64,000 nucleotides of DNA, taken from positions 135,684 to 199,683 of IMG/VR virus record IMGVR_UViG_3300025466_000012; one strand, written 5' to 3'. Below the pieces are notes generated by a model. That model was not told the origin of the DNA. It worked only from the letters and a program-made list of their open reading frames with translations, and ran no database searches. Position 1 is the stretch's first letter; each line of letters starts with the position of its first letter. Shown here in pieces: positions 27,623 to 37,163 of the stretch. The stretch comes from a virus. The position numbers and the translations under genes are program-made.

Positions 27623-28086
27623 TGTTTGAACTCATAATCAACCATGTGGTAGGACGAATTCCAGACTGGACCTGGCCTTTTGCAGCCGGCGGCGGAATGG
27701 CTGCTTATTTTGTGTTTGGCATTATGAATCACTTTCCACAGCTCAAATGGTATGTGCTGGTTGGTCGACCTGTGTCATTCACAGTGTTTGTGTTGGGTGT
27801 GTTTTTTTATGGCAGCGCTGGAGTACTGACTCTGCAACAGCAGGCGTTACAAGAAGCCAACCAGCGTGTGGAATTGGCCCGACAGGCCAGTATCAGTGCC
27901 AATGTAGAACTACAGACCGTGATGGCCGGTCAAACGCACTTGATCAAGGGGCGCAGCTATGGAGTGCGGCAACAGATCATACATGATCAGGTAGTAATTG
28001 ATCGTGACTGTAACAGAATCAATGACACAGCCTGGACCGATTACAATCGAGCAGTAAAAAATCAAGGTGAGGCAACACCTCGATGA
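27622..28086 (+). CDS. Membrane protein with coiled coil, i-spanin-like
   Basis: N-terminal TM segments then a helical region; lies between endolysin and a lipoprotein gene. Confidence 0.55.
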   Translation: MFELIINHVVGRIPDWTWPFAAGGGMAAYFVFGIMNHFPQLKWYVLVGRPVSFTVFVLGVFFYGSAGVLTLQQQALQEANQRVELARQASISANVELQTVMAGQTHLIKGRSYGVRQQIIHDQVVIDRDCNRINDTAWTDYNRAVKNQGEATPR

Positions 28087-28352
28087 AACTACTTGTACCT
28101 GTATTGGTGTTGTTGCTGTCAGCCTGTGCTACTAAAACAGCACCTGTGATTCCACAGTGGCCCACTGTTCCTGCAGATCTCACAGCACCAGCCGTGGATC
28201 TCGTGCCCTTGACCGAGGATCAACACAGTCTCAGTGATCTCATACAGAACTCCAATCAAAACTATACTCAGTATTATATCTTGAAGGAAAAATATCAAGG
28301 CTGGCAAAACTGGTACAATAACCAACAAAAAATATGGCAGGGACTACAATGA
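28083..28352 (+). CDS. Lipoprotein, o-spanin-like
   Basis: Lipobox LLSAC followed by a Pro-rich segment. Confidence 0.65.
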   Translation: MKLLVPVLVLLLSACATKTAPVIPQWPTVPADLTAPAVDLVPLTEDQHSLSDLIQNSNQNYTQYYILKEKYQGWQNWYNNQQKIWQGLQ

Positions 28353-28747
28353 AACTATTCACAATTTTGTTTGCGTTGTTGTCCGGTTGCGCGGCCTATG
28401 ATGCTGTGGTCATGACCAGATTTGATGCCAACGAATATCAGATGATTACCAAGATACGAGTCGATTCATCGCATTTTAAAAATTCGTGTGATGATCCAAC
28501 TGCCAGTCGTGCCAATGCAACAACGCTGGCACAGGAAACCGAGCTGTTTGCAGCCTACAGCGAACATTTACCACACAACGGTGACGGCTATCGTGCTGCA
28601 CAGGAACTGGATGCCATGGCCCAGGGCCTGGGCAAGCAGTACCAGACCAGTAGCACAGTCAGCACGTTGTTTTGTAAATTGAAGTTTGAAGGAGTTGAAC
28701 ACAGTGCCAACACCATACAACATGTACTAGGAAAGAGACCGAGATGA
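28349..28747 (+). CDS. Second lipoprotein
   Basis: MKLFTILFALLSGC lipobox; ATGA overlap. Confidence 0.65.
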   Translation: MKLFTILFALLSGCAAYDAVVMTRFDANEYQMITKIRVDSSHFKNSCDDPTASRANATTLAQETELFAAYSEHLPHNGDGYRAAQELDAMAQGLGKQYQTSSTVSTLFCKLKFEGVEHSANTIQHVLGKRPR

Positions 28748-29004
28748 CATTAGACGAAATCAATCAACAGTTGGCCAACCTGGCCGTATCCGGCGATCAG
28801 GATTTTGCCAATGCTGCCAACTACATAGCACAGGCCAGCCAGGCCGCACAAAGCGGACAATTGACACCGCAAGAATTGGTCGAGATACTGCGCGACATGC
28901 AACGACAGACAGCTATCCTGGAAGACGTGTCACGATTGGCATTCAAAGAAACACTAAATAGTTGCATCAATGGGCTATTACTCGTAGCAGGCGCAGTATT
29001 ATAA
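28744..29004 (+). CDS. Small helical hypothetical protein
   Basis: 86-aa ORF coupled to the upstream gene. Confidence 0.65.
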   Translation: MTLDEINQQLANLAVSGDQDFANAANYIAQASQAAQSGQLTPQELVEILRDMQRQTAILEDVSRLAFKETLNSCINGLLLVAGAVL

Positions 29005-29017
29005 AAAGGAAACCATC

Positions 29018-29449
29018 ATGGGATTTGTAAAACGCATAGAACAAGCAGTGGCCGATCGGCTCAAGGCAACATTTTTGGATTCAAAAAAAATCGTGGATCT
29101 GATCGAAGACGAAATCAAACAGCTAGAAGACAAATTGGCAGATGCACACAGCCGTGCAGCAGCATCCGCGGCCACAGCCAGAGACCATGCTATCGCGGCT
29201 GCTGCCCATGCCAAAGAATATGCCGACCAATTGGCACAAGAAGTGATCAACGCCGCTGATCGTGCCGACAAACACCTGGCCAATGTTGCATCACAGATTC
29301 AACCCACAGTTGATGTTCCAGTTGCTACCACAGTTGATGTTCCAGTTGCTACCACAGTTGATGTTCCAGTTGCTACCACAGTTGATGTTCCAGTTGCTAC
29401 CACAATTGATGTTCCAGCCGACACTCAGGTTACTAACACAGTTACATGA
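29018..29449 (+). CDS. Ala-rich hypothetical protein with C-terminal TVDVPVAT repeats
   Basis: 143-aa ORF, SD AGGA. Confidence 0.7.
   Translation: MGFVKRIEQAVADRLKATFLDSKKIVDLIEDEIKQLEDKLADAHSRAAASAATARDHAIAAAAHAKEYADQLAQEVINAADRADKHLANVASQIQPTVDVPVATTVDVPVATTVDVPVATTVDVPVATTIDVPADTQVTNTVT
29304..29417 (+). repeat. 24-nt coding tandem repeat
   Basis: ccacagttgatgttccagttgcta x4 perfect plus an 18-nt partial copy. Confidence 0.92.
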
Positions 29450-29461
29450 AAGACAGCCGAG

Positions 29462-30055
29462 ATGACTAGTGGACATCGCAAAAAAGACGAACATTGGTTA
29501 AACAGCAAATGGCGACCCATGATGGGTTGGATGTATATGTTTGTGTGTTTTTTTGATTTTGTACTAGCACCTGTATTATGGAGCTTGGTACAGGCTCTGG
29601 AACATGGGTCGGTACAGGTCCAATGGCAACCGTTGACTCTGCAAGGAGCTGGCCTGTTCCACGTGGCCATGGGTGCCGTGATTGGTATCAGCGCATACGG
29701 TCGCACACAAGAAAAAATGACCGGCTCTAACAACGGTGGTCCATTGAATGGATTCGCACCTGGATCAGGAACTACCTATATTCCACCAGGTGGACAGAAC
29801 ACTGTGTCAGTTAGCAATCAGCCCACATTTGGATCCACAACCTCTGGCAATTTTGGTTCCAGCACACAGCCTGCATTTGGTCAACCCAGCACACCCGCAC
29901 CATTTGGTCAACCCAGCACACCCGCACCATTTGGTGCACCACCGGCATTTGGTGCATCATCGGCCGCAACCGCTCCGCCCGCATTCGGTGCCGCACCACC
30001 AGCATTTGGTGCCAAACCAAGTGGACCTCCGGCTGCATCAATGCCAGCAATTTGA
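29462..30055 (+). CDS. Holin (3TM GTA-holin-like) with FG-repeat C-terminal tail
   Basis: WLNSKWRPMMGWMY, WQPLTL.GAGLFH.AMGAVIG..AYGRT.EK, then a low-complexity tail. Confidence 0.8.
   Translation: MTSGHRKKDEHWLNSKWRPMMGWMYMFVCFFDFVLAPVLWSLVQALEHGSVQVQWQPLTLQGAGLFHVAMGAVIGISAYGRTQEKMTGSNNGGPLNGFAPGSGTTYIPPGGQNTVSVSNQPTFGSTTSGNFGSSTQPAFGQPSTPAPFGQPSTPAPFGAPPAFGASSAATAPPAFGAAPPAFGAKPSGPPAASMPAI
29874..29935 (+). repeat. 27-nt coding tandem repeat
   Basis: catttggtcaacccagcacacccgcac x2 plus catttggt; encodes FGQPSTPAP. Confidence 0.9.
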
Positions 30056-30067
30056 CAAGGAACTGAC

Positions 30068-30244
30068 ATGAAAAAATTATTGATAGTGACCACTGCTATT
30101 TTTGCCATAACTCTGGCACAGGCCACAGAAACCAAAACTGTATGCCATGATCGCACCGACAAACATGGCGTGACCAAACAGGTCTGTAAAAAAATCAAAG
30201 TGCATGCCAAGTTTGATGGCACTCCGGTTCCGACCAAAAAATAA
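30068..30244 (+). CDS. Small secreted protein (58 aa, not in ORF track)
   Basis: [19 protein letters not shown] signal peptide then TETKTVC...QVCKKIKVH; SD AAGGA. Confidence 0.65.
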   Translation: MKKLLIVTTAIFAITLAQATETKTVCHDRTDKHGVTKQVCKKIKVHAKFDGTPVPTKK

Positions 30245-30279
30245 ATCCGCCTGGCAGGTCCTGCGGGCATAATTACTGC

Positions 30280-31032
30280 ATGACCGACCATTATCAAACT
30301 CTGGGCGTAGATCGATCGGCCACTGCTGACGAAATCAAACAGGCCTATCGACGCTTGGCCAGCCAACACCATCCTGACAAGGGTGGTGATACGGCTCGAT
30401 TCCAACAGATACAGGCTGCCTACGATGTGATTGGCAATGCCGAACAACGCTCGAGATACGATGCTCCTGCTGCCGGATTTGGCACACAAACACCGTTTGA
30501 TTTTGATAACATATTCAACATGTTTGGTGCCAGATTCCAACAAAATACACGTCAACAACACATGCGCATGTCCTTGTGGGTGACCTTGAACGACGTGGCA
30601 CGTGGAGGCACCAGACCAGTCAGCCTGGGTGCTATGACCGTAGAGCTAGAAATACCTCTGGGCATCAACGATGGCGACAATGTGCAGTACAACAATCTAG
30701 GCTACGAAGGTCTCAACCTTGTGGTCAACTATCGCATACACCCGCATCCGCGATGGCAAAGACAAGGTCTCAATCTTTCGCAAGAAGAAACAGTTTCTAT
30801 ATGGGATCTAATATTGGGCGGGGAAATCATAGTGCGAGATATCTTGGGCAACGATCTTAGCCTGACTGTGCCTCCACGCACGCAACCTGGAACCCAATTG
30901 CGACTGCGCAGCCGCGGACTTAGAGATCGTTCCGGAGCACAAGGAGATCTTATAGTGCGCATACAGGCACAGGTGCCCACTGACATCAGTCCGGAGTTAT
31001 TGGCTCAGATTGCCCAAACCCGAGCCAGATAA
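30280..31032 (+). CDS. dnaJ: DnaJ/CbpA-like co-chaperone without zinc finger
   Basis: J domain with HPD motif (QHHPDKGGD), C-terminal [16 protein letters not shown]. Confidence 0.88.
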   Translation: MTDHYQTLGVDRSATADEIKQAYRRLASQHHPDKGGDTARFQQIQAAYDVIGNAEQRSRYDAPAAGFGTQTPFDFDNIFNMFGARFQQNTRQQHMRMSLWVTLNDVARGGTRPVSLGAMTVELEIPLGINDGDNVQYNNLGYEGLNLVVNYRIHPHPRWQRQGLNLSQEETVSIWDLILGGEIIVRDILGNDLSLTVPPRTQPGTQLRLRSRGLRDRSGAQGDLIVRIQAQVPTDISPELLAQIAQTRAR

Positions 31033-31044
31033 ATACCTGATAGA

Positions 31045-31073
31045 TTGCATCTGCTGTGGAATTAGTGTATACT
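31045..31073 (+). promoter_or_regulatory. sigma70-type promoter for clpA
   Basis: TTGCAT (31045-31050), 17 nt, TATACT (31068-31073). Confidence 0.5.
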
Positions 31074-31102
31074 GGTACATAATCAAACAATCACGGAACA
31101 AC

Positions 31103-33361
31103 ATGCAAAACAATCCTGAAATAGAACAACTGATCGAACAAGCAGTAGAACTGGCACAAGAATTCAAACACGAATATGTGCTGACCGAACATGTGTTGTT
31201 GGCTCTGATCAGGCACAAGCCATTCCGCCAGACTCTGGAAAAATTTGGAGTGGATATCGACATGTTTGATCAAGAACTCATGGCCTATCTGGCCGGTTTG
31301 GTCAACTTGGTCACCAGCAGTGATCAGGCACCCAAGAAGACCAACGGTCTTGAACGCTGTTTCAATCGCGCTTTGACCCAGGTGTTGTTCACAGGACGCC
31401 GCAGCGTGACCACGGTAGATCTTTACTTGGCCATGATGGCCGAGACCAACAGCCACTCACACTATTTCTTGCTCAAGTACGGAGTCAAGAAAAACGAATT
31501 TGTTGAATTTTGGCAAACCAATTACAGTCAGGAACCGGTCACATTTACGGACAAGCAGGCCGACGAAATATTGAACGAACACTGTACCAATCTCAGTGCA
31601 TTGTCTGCAGAAGGCCGCCTGGAACCCATGATCGGTCGTGCGGAAGAACTCAAAGACATGATCACAGTGCTGGCCAGAAAGTTCAAGGCCAATGTGCTCA
31701 TGATAGGTGATCCTGGTGTGGGCAAGACCGCCATCATAGAAGGACTGGCACAAGAAATACAGGCCAAACGTGTGCCCGAATTCCTTCAAGATCACGAAGT
31801 GTACAGCCTGGAAATTGGCAGTCTTTTGGCCGGCAGCAAGTATCGCGGTGAGTTTGAAGAAAAATTCAAGAACGTGATAGCGGCTCTAGAAAGCAAAAAA
31901 CGCTGTGTGTTGTTTATAGATGAAGCTCATACCATGAAAGGTGCCGGCAGCTCCAGCAACAGTACCTTGGACTTTGCCAACATGCTAAAACCGGCTATAA
32001 CCAAAGGTAATATCAAGGTTGTGGCCTGTACCACCTGGGAAGAATATTATGAAAGTTTTGAAAAAGATCGAGCTCTCATGCGTAGATTCCACAAGGTCAC
32101 AGTGGACGAACCTGACGCCGAAACCACAGAGAAAATCCTGATCGGGATCAGTTCCAGACTGGAGCAGTTCCACAATGTGGAAATCGAATCCGAGGCCATC
32201 AAGTCGGCCGTGGACCTGGGCAACAGATACATACATGACAGAAAAAATCCCGACAAGAGCATCGACCTGCTAGATGGTGCCTGCGCCCGCGAGCGAGTAA
32301 AGGATCAAGGTCTAGTCTCTATTACCACCGACATGATCATGGCACAACTGAGCCGTGTCACTGATGTGCCAGTGGACCGACTACAGAACGAACGCAGTGT
32401 CAAGATCCGGGATCTGGAAAGCAACGTCAAGCAACACATTTACGGACAAGATACTGCTGTGGATGCTGTGCTGGAACGAGTGTATATCAGCTTCAGCGGA
32501 TTGGGCAATGGCAAACGACCCATGGCCAGTTTCCTGTTCTTGGGCCCAACTGGTACCGGCAAAACTGAACTGGCCAAACTGTTGGCAACCAATCTGGACA
32601 TGAAACTGCTCAAGTATGACATGAGCGAATATCAGGAAAAACACACAGTGTCCAGCCTGATTGGCGCTCCTCCGGGCTATGTGGGCTTTGAGGATGGCAA
32701 CGTGGGCGGTGGCAAGCTGATCAGTGATCTCAGCAAGAATCCATTCAGCATCATACTGTTTGACGAAATCGAAAAGGCACACCCAGACGTGATCAACATC
32801 ATGTTGCAGATGCTGGACGAGGCCCGTATCACCAGCTCCAATGGCAAAACAGTCAATCTCAAAAACACCATCATAATCATGACCAGCAATCTGGGTGCTG
32901 CTGACAACGAGCGCAACACCATTGGCTTCAGCGACAGCCTGGAACGGTCGGGCGAGGAAGATCGTGCCATGAAAGACTTTTTCAAGCCCGAACTACGCAA
33001 CAGGATCGATCGTGTGTGCAAATTTGTCAAGCTGGATACCTTGGCTGTGAAAAAAATCGTGGTCAAGTTCCTGGATGAACTACAGACCAGTCTGACCGAA
33101 CGCGGCATCAGACTCACAGTAAGTGAACCCGTGATCGACATGCTGGCCGAAAAAGGTTATGACAAAAAGATGGGCGCCAGACCGCTGGGACGCAAGATCG
33201 ACGAATTGATCCGTGTGCCCTTGAGCCGACGTATCTTGTTTGATGGCCTTGAAAACTGCAATTTACAGGCTGTGATGGATGGCGATCAAATACAATTTGT
33301 ACTGGCAGACAGCGTGCAGGCCACAGTAGATCAAGACGGAATTATCAAGATTGGCAACTGA
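31103..33361 (+). CDS. clpA: ATP-dependent Clp protease ATP-binding subunit ClpA
   Basis: Two AAA+ modules (GDPGVGKT and GPTGTGKT), no coiled-coil M domain, ClpP-docking IGF loop. Confidence 0.92.
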   Translation: MQNNPEIEQLIEQAVELAQEFKHEYVLTEHVLLALIRHKPFRQTLEKFGVDIDMFDQELMAYLAGLVNLVTSSDQAPKKTNGLERCFNRALTQVLFTGRRSVTTVDLYLAMMAETNSHSHYFLLKYGVKKNEFVEFWQTNYSQEPVTFTDKQADEILNEHCTNLSALSAEGRLEPMIGRAEELKDMITVLARKFKANVLMIGDPGVGKTAIIEGLAQEIQAKRVPEFLQDHEVYSLEIGSLLAGSKYRGEFEEKFKNVIAALESKKRCVLFIDEAHTMKGAGSSSNSTLDFANMLKPAITKGNIKVVACTTWEEYYESFEKDRALMRRFHKVTVDEPDAETTEKILIGISSRLEQFHNVEIESEAIKSAVDLGNRYIHDRKNPDKSIDLLDGACARERVKDQGLVSITTDMIMAQLSRVTDVPVDRLQNERSVKIRDLESNVKQHIYGQDTAVDAVLERVYISFSGLGNGKRPMASFLFLGPTGTGKTELAKLLATNLDMKLLKYDMSEYQEKHTVSSLIGAPPGYVGFEDGNVGGGKLISDLSKNPFSIILFDEIEKAHPDVINIMLQMLDEARITSSNGKTVNLKNTIIIMTSNLGAADNERNTIGFSDSLERSGEEDRAMKDFFKPELRNRIDRVCKFVKLDTLAVKKIVVKFLDELQTSLTERGIRLTVSEPVIDMLAEKGYDKKMGARPLGRKIDELIRVPLSRRILFDGLENCNLQAVMDGDQIQFVLADSVQATVDQDGIIKIGN

Positions 33362-34022
33362 CATGATCCCGGTAGTCAAGGATCGACTGTTTTTTGGTCG
33401 ATTTGAGTATTGTGTCAGCTTTCACATGGCCGAAGTCAGTGTGCTGAGAAACCGGGCCACGTATCAGCAGATTAACACAGCCATTGCATTACGCCGTAGT
33501 TGGCGCACCAAACTGTTTGGTGTCACCAAACTGTGTCATGGCGATGAAATAACATCAATCAAGATCAGCCATCTACATGATATGGCCGATCTGTTGCAAC
33601 GTGCTGTTGATCCTTACCGCTTGTGCGTGAGTTCAGATCGAGCCTGGGTGTATGCCAACAATCTAGGGTTCCTGGAGTGCATTGTGGCCATGCCCGGAGT
33701 CAGTGAACACAGCTACAGCCAGGTGATCATAGATCGTCCGTTGGATACCATACGATTAAAGGATTCCAACCACAAACGACGCAGCTATTTCCGTGGTCGA
33801 GCCATGACTGCCACACAGTATGAACAGTTGCGAGATTTTTTGAACAATTATCAAGACAGTGTCAGACTCAGTCCCAGTTTGACCAAATGGCTGGTACATC
33901 CCAATCGCAGACTGTATGGTTATTTTTTTGTGGATCACGACGATGACGGATGGTTGCTGATGGCTCAGCTGGCACAGCCGGGACTGATAAGAACCACTCT
34001 AGAAATATTGTCGTATAAATAA
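33351..34022 (+). CDS. Hypothetical protein
   Basis: 223-aa ORF overlapping the clpA stop. Confidence 0.7.
   Translation: MATDMIPVVKDRLFFGRFEYCVSFHMAEVSVLRNRATYQQINTAIALRRSWRTKLFGVTKLCHGDEITSIKISHLHDMADLLQRAVDPYRLCVSSDRAWVYANNLGFLECIVAMPGVSEHSYSQVIIDRPLDTIRLKDSNHKRRSYFRGRAMTATQYEQLRDFLNNYQDSVRLSPSLTKWLVHPNRRLYGYFFVDHDDDGWLLMAQLAQPGLIRTTLEILSYK
34014..34021 (+). promoter_or_regulatory. Full T4 late promoter consensus
   Basis: TATAAATA 7 nt before ATG 34029. Confidence 0.65.
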
Positions 34023-34028
34023 TTGATT

Positions 34029-34388
34029 ATGACACAATACACTACCTTGACCCTGGTTCCGTTTTTGCAATGGGGCCAACCTTCCGACTACTACGATGGT
34101 GGAAATACCTACACCGGTACGGCTGTTCCAGCAGCCAACTACTATGGCGGTCAAGGGGCCATACAAACTGTATTGTTTGACGTGACTGCTCTACAGGGCA
34201 ACGTCACAGTCCAGGCCACATTGAACGACAGCGCAGAATCAGCACCCTGGTTTGAAATCGGCAATCTGATTGCCAACAATGTGTCAGGAACAAGTAGCAA
34301 TACCGTGATTGGCAATTTTACCTGGTTGCGTGCTGTGGTAACTGATTTCGCAGGTGGCAACATCAATATTATAACTGGATCCTACTAA
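34029..34388 (+). CDS. Beta-rich probable virion protein
   Basis: Late motif upstream; T/G/N/A-rich, WFEI and WLRAVV. Confidence 0.6.
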   Translation: MTQYTTLTLVPFLQWGQPSDYYDGGNTYTGTAVPAANYYGGQGAIQTVLFDVTALQGNVTVQATLNDSAESAPWFEIGNLIANNVSGTSSNTVIGNFTWLRAVVTDFAGGNINIITGSY

Positions 34389-34822
34389 TGAATACACAAT
34401 TAACTTGCCGTATAAGCAATACCGATCCCGAATCAGCAGTTGGATTGGAAATTTGGTTAAATGCCGAACAGATTTACAACAGCGAACATGTGAGTGATCC
34501 TGTTGATTTTGAGTACCAATTAAATGATGACAAGGAATACCGTGAATTGCGTTTTGTAATGAAAAACAAAACACAAGATCATACTCATGTTGATGCTGAT
34601 GGCAATATCACCAAAGATTGTTGTATCTCCATTGAAAACTTGGCCTTTGACGGGGTCGACGACTGGCAATGGCTGTTTTGGGATCAGGCTGTGTACGAAC
34701 ATGATTTTAACGGCACTCAGTCCGTGACCAAGTCAAAATTTTACGGCATGATGGGTTGCAACGGTGTTGTCAGTGTTAAATTCTTCACTCCTATCTATCT
34801 TTGGTTGATAGAAATATTGTAG
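34388..34822 (+). CDS. Hypothetical protein
   Basis: 144-aa ORF, TAATG-coupled. Confidence 0.7.
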   Translation: MNTQLTCRISNTDPESAVGLEIWLNAEQIYNSEHVSDPVDFEYQLNDDKEYRELRFVMKNKTQDHTHVDADGNITKDCCISIENLAFDGVDDWQWLFWDQAVYEHDFNGTQSVTKSKFYGMMGCNGVVSVKFFTPIYLWLIEIL

Positions 34823-34825
34823 CCA

Positions 34826-34831
34826 TAAATA
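34826..34831 (+). promoter_or_regulatory. T4-late-like promoter motif
   Basis: TAAATA 7 nt before ATG 34839. Confidence 0.6.
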
Positions 34832-34838
34832 TGTTATT

Positions 34839-36146
34839 ATGAATTATCTAGTAATATATCCCGGCCGTTTCCATCCGTTCCATCTAGGACACAAGGCCAG
34901 TTACGACTGGCTGGTCAACAAGTATGGTCCTGAAAGTGTTTACATAGCCACCAGTGACAAACAGGCTCCTATAACCAGTCCGTTCAGCTATCCAGACAAG
35001 GTAGCAATGATGACCAAGCTGGGTGTACCAGCCAGTCACATAGTCAAAGTTCAAAATCCTTATCGAGCCACCGAAATAACCAACAGTCTTACGCCTGAAC
35101 AACAGGCCAGCACTGTGCTGATCTTTGCGGTCAGTGCCAAAGATGCCGAACGGTTTGATTTCAAACCCAAACGGGATGGCAGTCCCAGCTACCTACAGCC
35201 CTTGCCCGACAGCAAGACTCGTCTCAAACCCATGAGTAAACATGCCTATGTGCAAATAACCCCCACTGTGAATTTTCAAGTGCGTGGTCAGGATGCCAAC
35301 AGTGCCACGGCCATACGCAAGATGTTTATAGATGGCAACGACGATGACCGAGATCAAATCATACACGATTTATATGGCACTGCCGACACCAGTCTGCGAG
35401 ACATGTTCAAACAGCGACTGGGTGCGACCGATCGAGTAATAAAAATGATGCAGGAATGTCGTAAGATAGGAACTGATCGAAGCCGTACCTTGATGGAACG
35501 TATCATGCAACACGAACGTCGGGCACTGAATGAATTCGCACCCGCCGAACCACGAGACGATGACAACTACGAAGAGCCAGAATATCCAACGTCTTTGAAG
35601 AACAAAAATGGTCAGCATGTGGGCGACACCATGAAATTAACCAACGGTTCCTGGGCCTGGCAGTATTGGAAATTGGATCAGAATCCACATGGCCCATTCT
35701 ACAGCTTTGACATACTTGGTCATGATTTTGCAACTGAAAAAGAAGCCTACGCCAGTTTACAAGCATATCATGCCACCCACACTGCTCGACAATTACGAGA
35801 ATTTGCTCCTGCTGAACCACAAGACGGTGACGGTGATGTTCCGCCAAATGTCTACGAATTGGCCAATCGTTGGTGGAATAACACAGATGATCAAGACCGA
35901 ATTGCCATGGTGTTGCGTAGCATGGGCTGGGACATACAGCAGGCCGACGGCGAGGAAGATGTTTGTCAGCTGACCTATCGCGACGGCACAGTGTATTATC
36001 TCAACGACAGCGAGTTTGATCCCGAGTTATACGAAAACGCTGACTACATAGAAGAAAAATGGAGCGCCAAATACAAACGCAGCATCAATTGCGCCCATCC
36101 TCGAGGATTCAGTCAACGGGCTCACTGCGCCGGTCGTAAAAAATAA
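34839..36146 (+). CDS. HIGH-superfamily (cytidylyltransferase-like) nucleotidyltransferase with appended modules
   Basis: YPGRFHPFHLGH, NPY; modules beginning LNEFAPAEP and LREFAPAEP; final IEEKWSAKYKRSINC..PRGFSQRAHC. Confidence 0.75.
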   Translation: MNYLVIYPGRFHPFHLGHKASYDWLVNKYGPESVYIATSDKQAPITSPFSYPDKVAMMTKLGVPASHIVKVQNPYRATEITNSLTPEQQASTVLIFAVSAKDAERFDFKPKRDGSPSYLQPLPDSKTRLKPMSKHAYVQITPTVNFQVRGQDANSATAIRKMFIDGNDDDRDQIIHDLYGTADTSLRDMFKQRLGATDRVIKMMQECRKIGTDRSRTLMERIMQHERRALNEFAPAEPRDDDNYEEPEYPTSLKNKNGQHVGDTMKLTNGSWAWQYWKLDQNPHGPFYSFDILGHDFATEKEAYASLQAYHATHTARQLREFAPAEPQDGDGDVPPNVYELANRWWNNTDDQDRIAMVLRSMGWDIQQADGEEDVCQLTYRDGTVYYLNDSEFDPELYENADYIEEKWSAKYKRSINCAHPRGFSQRAHCAGRKK

Positions 36147-36166
36147 CAGCCTCGTGTAAACTAGTG

Positions 36167-36172
36167 TAAATA
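36167..36172 (+). promoter_or_regulatory. T4-late-like promoter motif
   Basis: Intergenic TAAATA upstream of 36200. Confidence 0.55.
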
Positions 36173-36199
36173 TTCGCGCTAACTTTATAAGAGGAAAAC

Positions 36200-37111
36200 A
36201 TGGCTGATCAAGACGCAGTACCTACAACACAAACCCCACAAGTCGGAGATGTAACCGAGCAACCAGCGCAGAACTTGCAACCTGGACAGAATCAGATACA
36301 GGTCAACATTGACTATCTACGTACCACCCGTGTGCATATCATGATGCCCTGCTATGGCGGCATGTTGACTGAAAGCACATTCATGAGCTACATCAAATGG
36401 TCAAACACCTGTCGGCAGTTGGGCATCGACTGGACCATGGAAACCATGACCAACGAGAGCTTGATCAGTCGCGCAAGAAATACTCTTACAGCCAAGTTCC
36501 TGAACAACAAGGAATCAACTCACTTGATGTTTATCGACGCTGATATCGGTTGGGAACCTTGGCATCTATTGGTCATGCTGGATCGTCAAGTGGACGTGAT
36601 CGGTGGCCTGTACCCTATGAAAAGCCTGCCGGTCAAATGGTGTGTAAACGGATTTGACGGTGCCGAAGAAGGACCAAACGGCCTTCAAGAAGTTACCAAA
36701 ACCGGTACTGGCTTCATGTTGATCAAGCGTGACGTATTTGCCAAGATGGACGCACATCCAGCGGTCAGACCGTTCATGAACGACATTGGCTTGCCAGCCG
36801 AACTGAATCCGTACATGAAGACCTATTTTGACACAGCGGTGCGTGAAAATCGTTACTACAGCGAAGACTGGACCTTCTGTGAAAATTGGAGAGACTTGGG
36901 CGGTAAAGTGTGGGTAGACAAGCGTGTGTTGCTCAAGCATACAGGAACCTATGTGTTTGATTATGCAGCTCAGGATCAGTTGTACAAAGATCTGCACACG
37001 TTGGCTGTACAAAATGGCGTAGCAGCTCCAGTTGATACTGGACCAGCTGTGGCACCAGCACCAGCTGAAGCCACTGTGCTTGCTTCCAGCAAAAAAACCA
37101 AGAAAAAATAA
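36200..37111 (+). CDS. GT-A fold glycosyltransferase-like protein
   Basis: MPCYGG, LISRARN, MFIDADI (DxD), GTGFMLIKR, SEDWTFC. Confidence 0.75.
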   Translation: MADQDAVPTTQTPQVGDVTEQPAQNLQPGQNQIQVNIDYLRTTRVHIMMPCYGGMLTESTFMSYIKWSNTCRQLGIDWTMETMTNESLISRARNTLTAKFLNNKESTHLMFIDADIGWEPWHLLVMLDRQVDVIGGLYPMKSLPVKWCVNGFDGAEEGPNGLQEVTKTGTGFMLIKRDVFAKMDAHPAVRPFMNDIGLPAELNPYMKTYFDTAVRENRYYSEDWTFCENWRDLGGKVWVDKRVLLKHTGTYVFDYAAQDQLYKDLHTLAVQNGVAAPVDTGPAVAPAPAEATVLASSKKTKKK

Positions 37112-37129
37112 CTGCATGGGTTTTGACAC

Positions 37130-37158
37130 AAAGCCGCTTTCTCAGCGGCTTTTTGTTT
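37130..37158 (+). terminator. Rho-independent terminator
   Basis: AAAGCCGCT-ttctc-AGCGGCTTT hairpin followed by TTGTTT. Confidence 0.85.
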
Positions 37159-37163
37159 GGCGG

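Noticed and set aside
29304-29417. 24-nt repeat array as a CRISPR locus
   Set aside because: The units are contiguous with no spacers, in frame inside a CDS, and no cas genes are present.
34839-35500. HIGH nucleotidyltransferase as the ATP sulfurylase feeding the APS kinase
   Set aside because: The motif is GRFHPFHLGH (NMNAT/cytidylyltransferase-like), not the Sat QTRNPxHxxH, and the gene lies in the cargo cluster 8 kb away.
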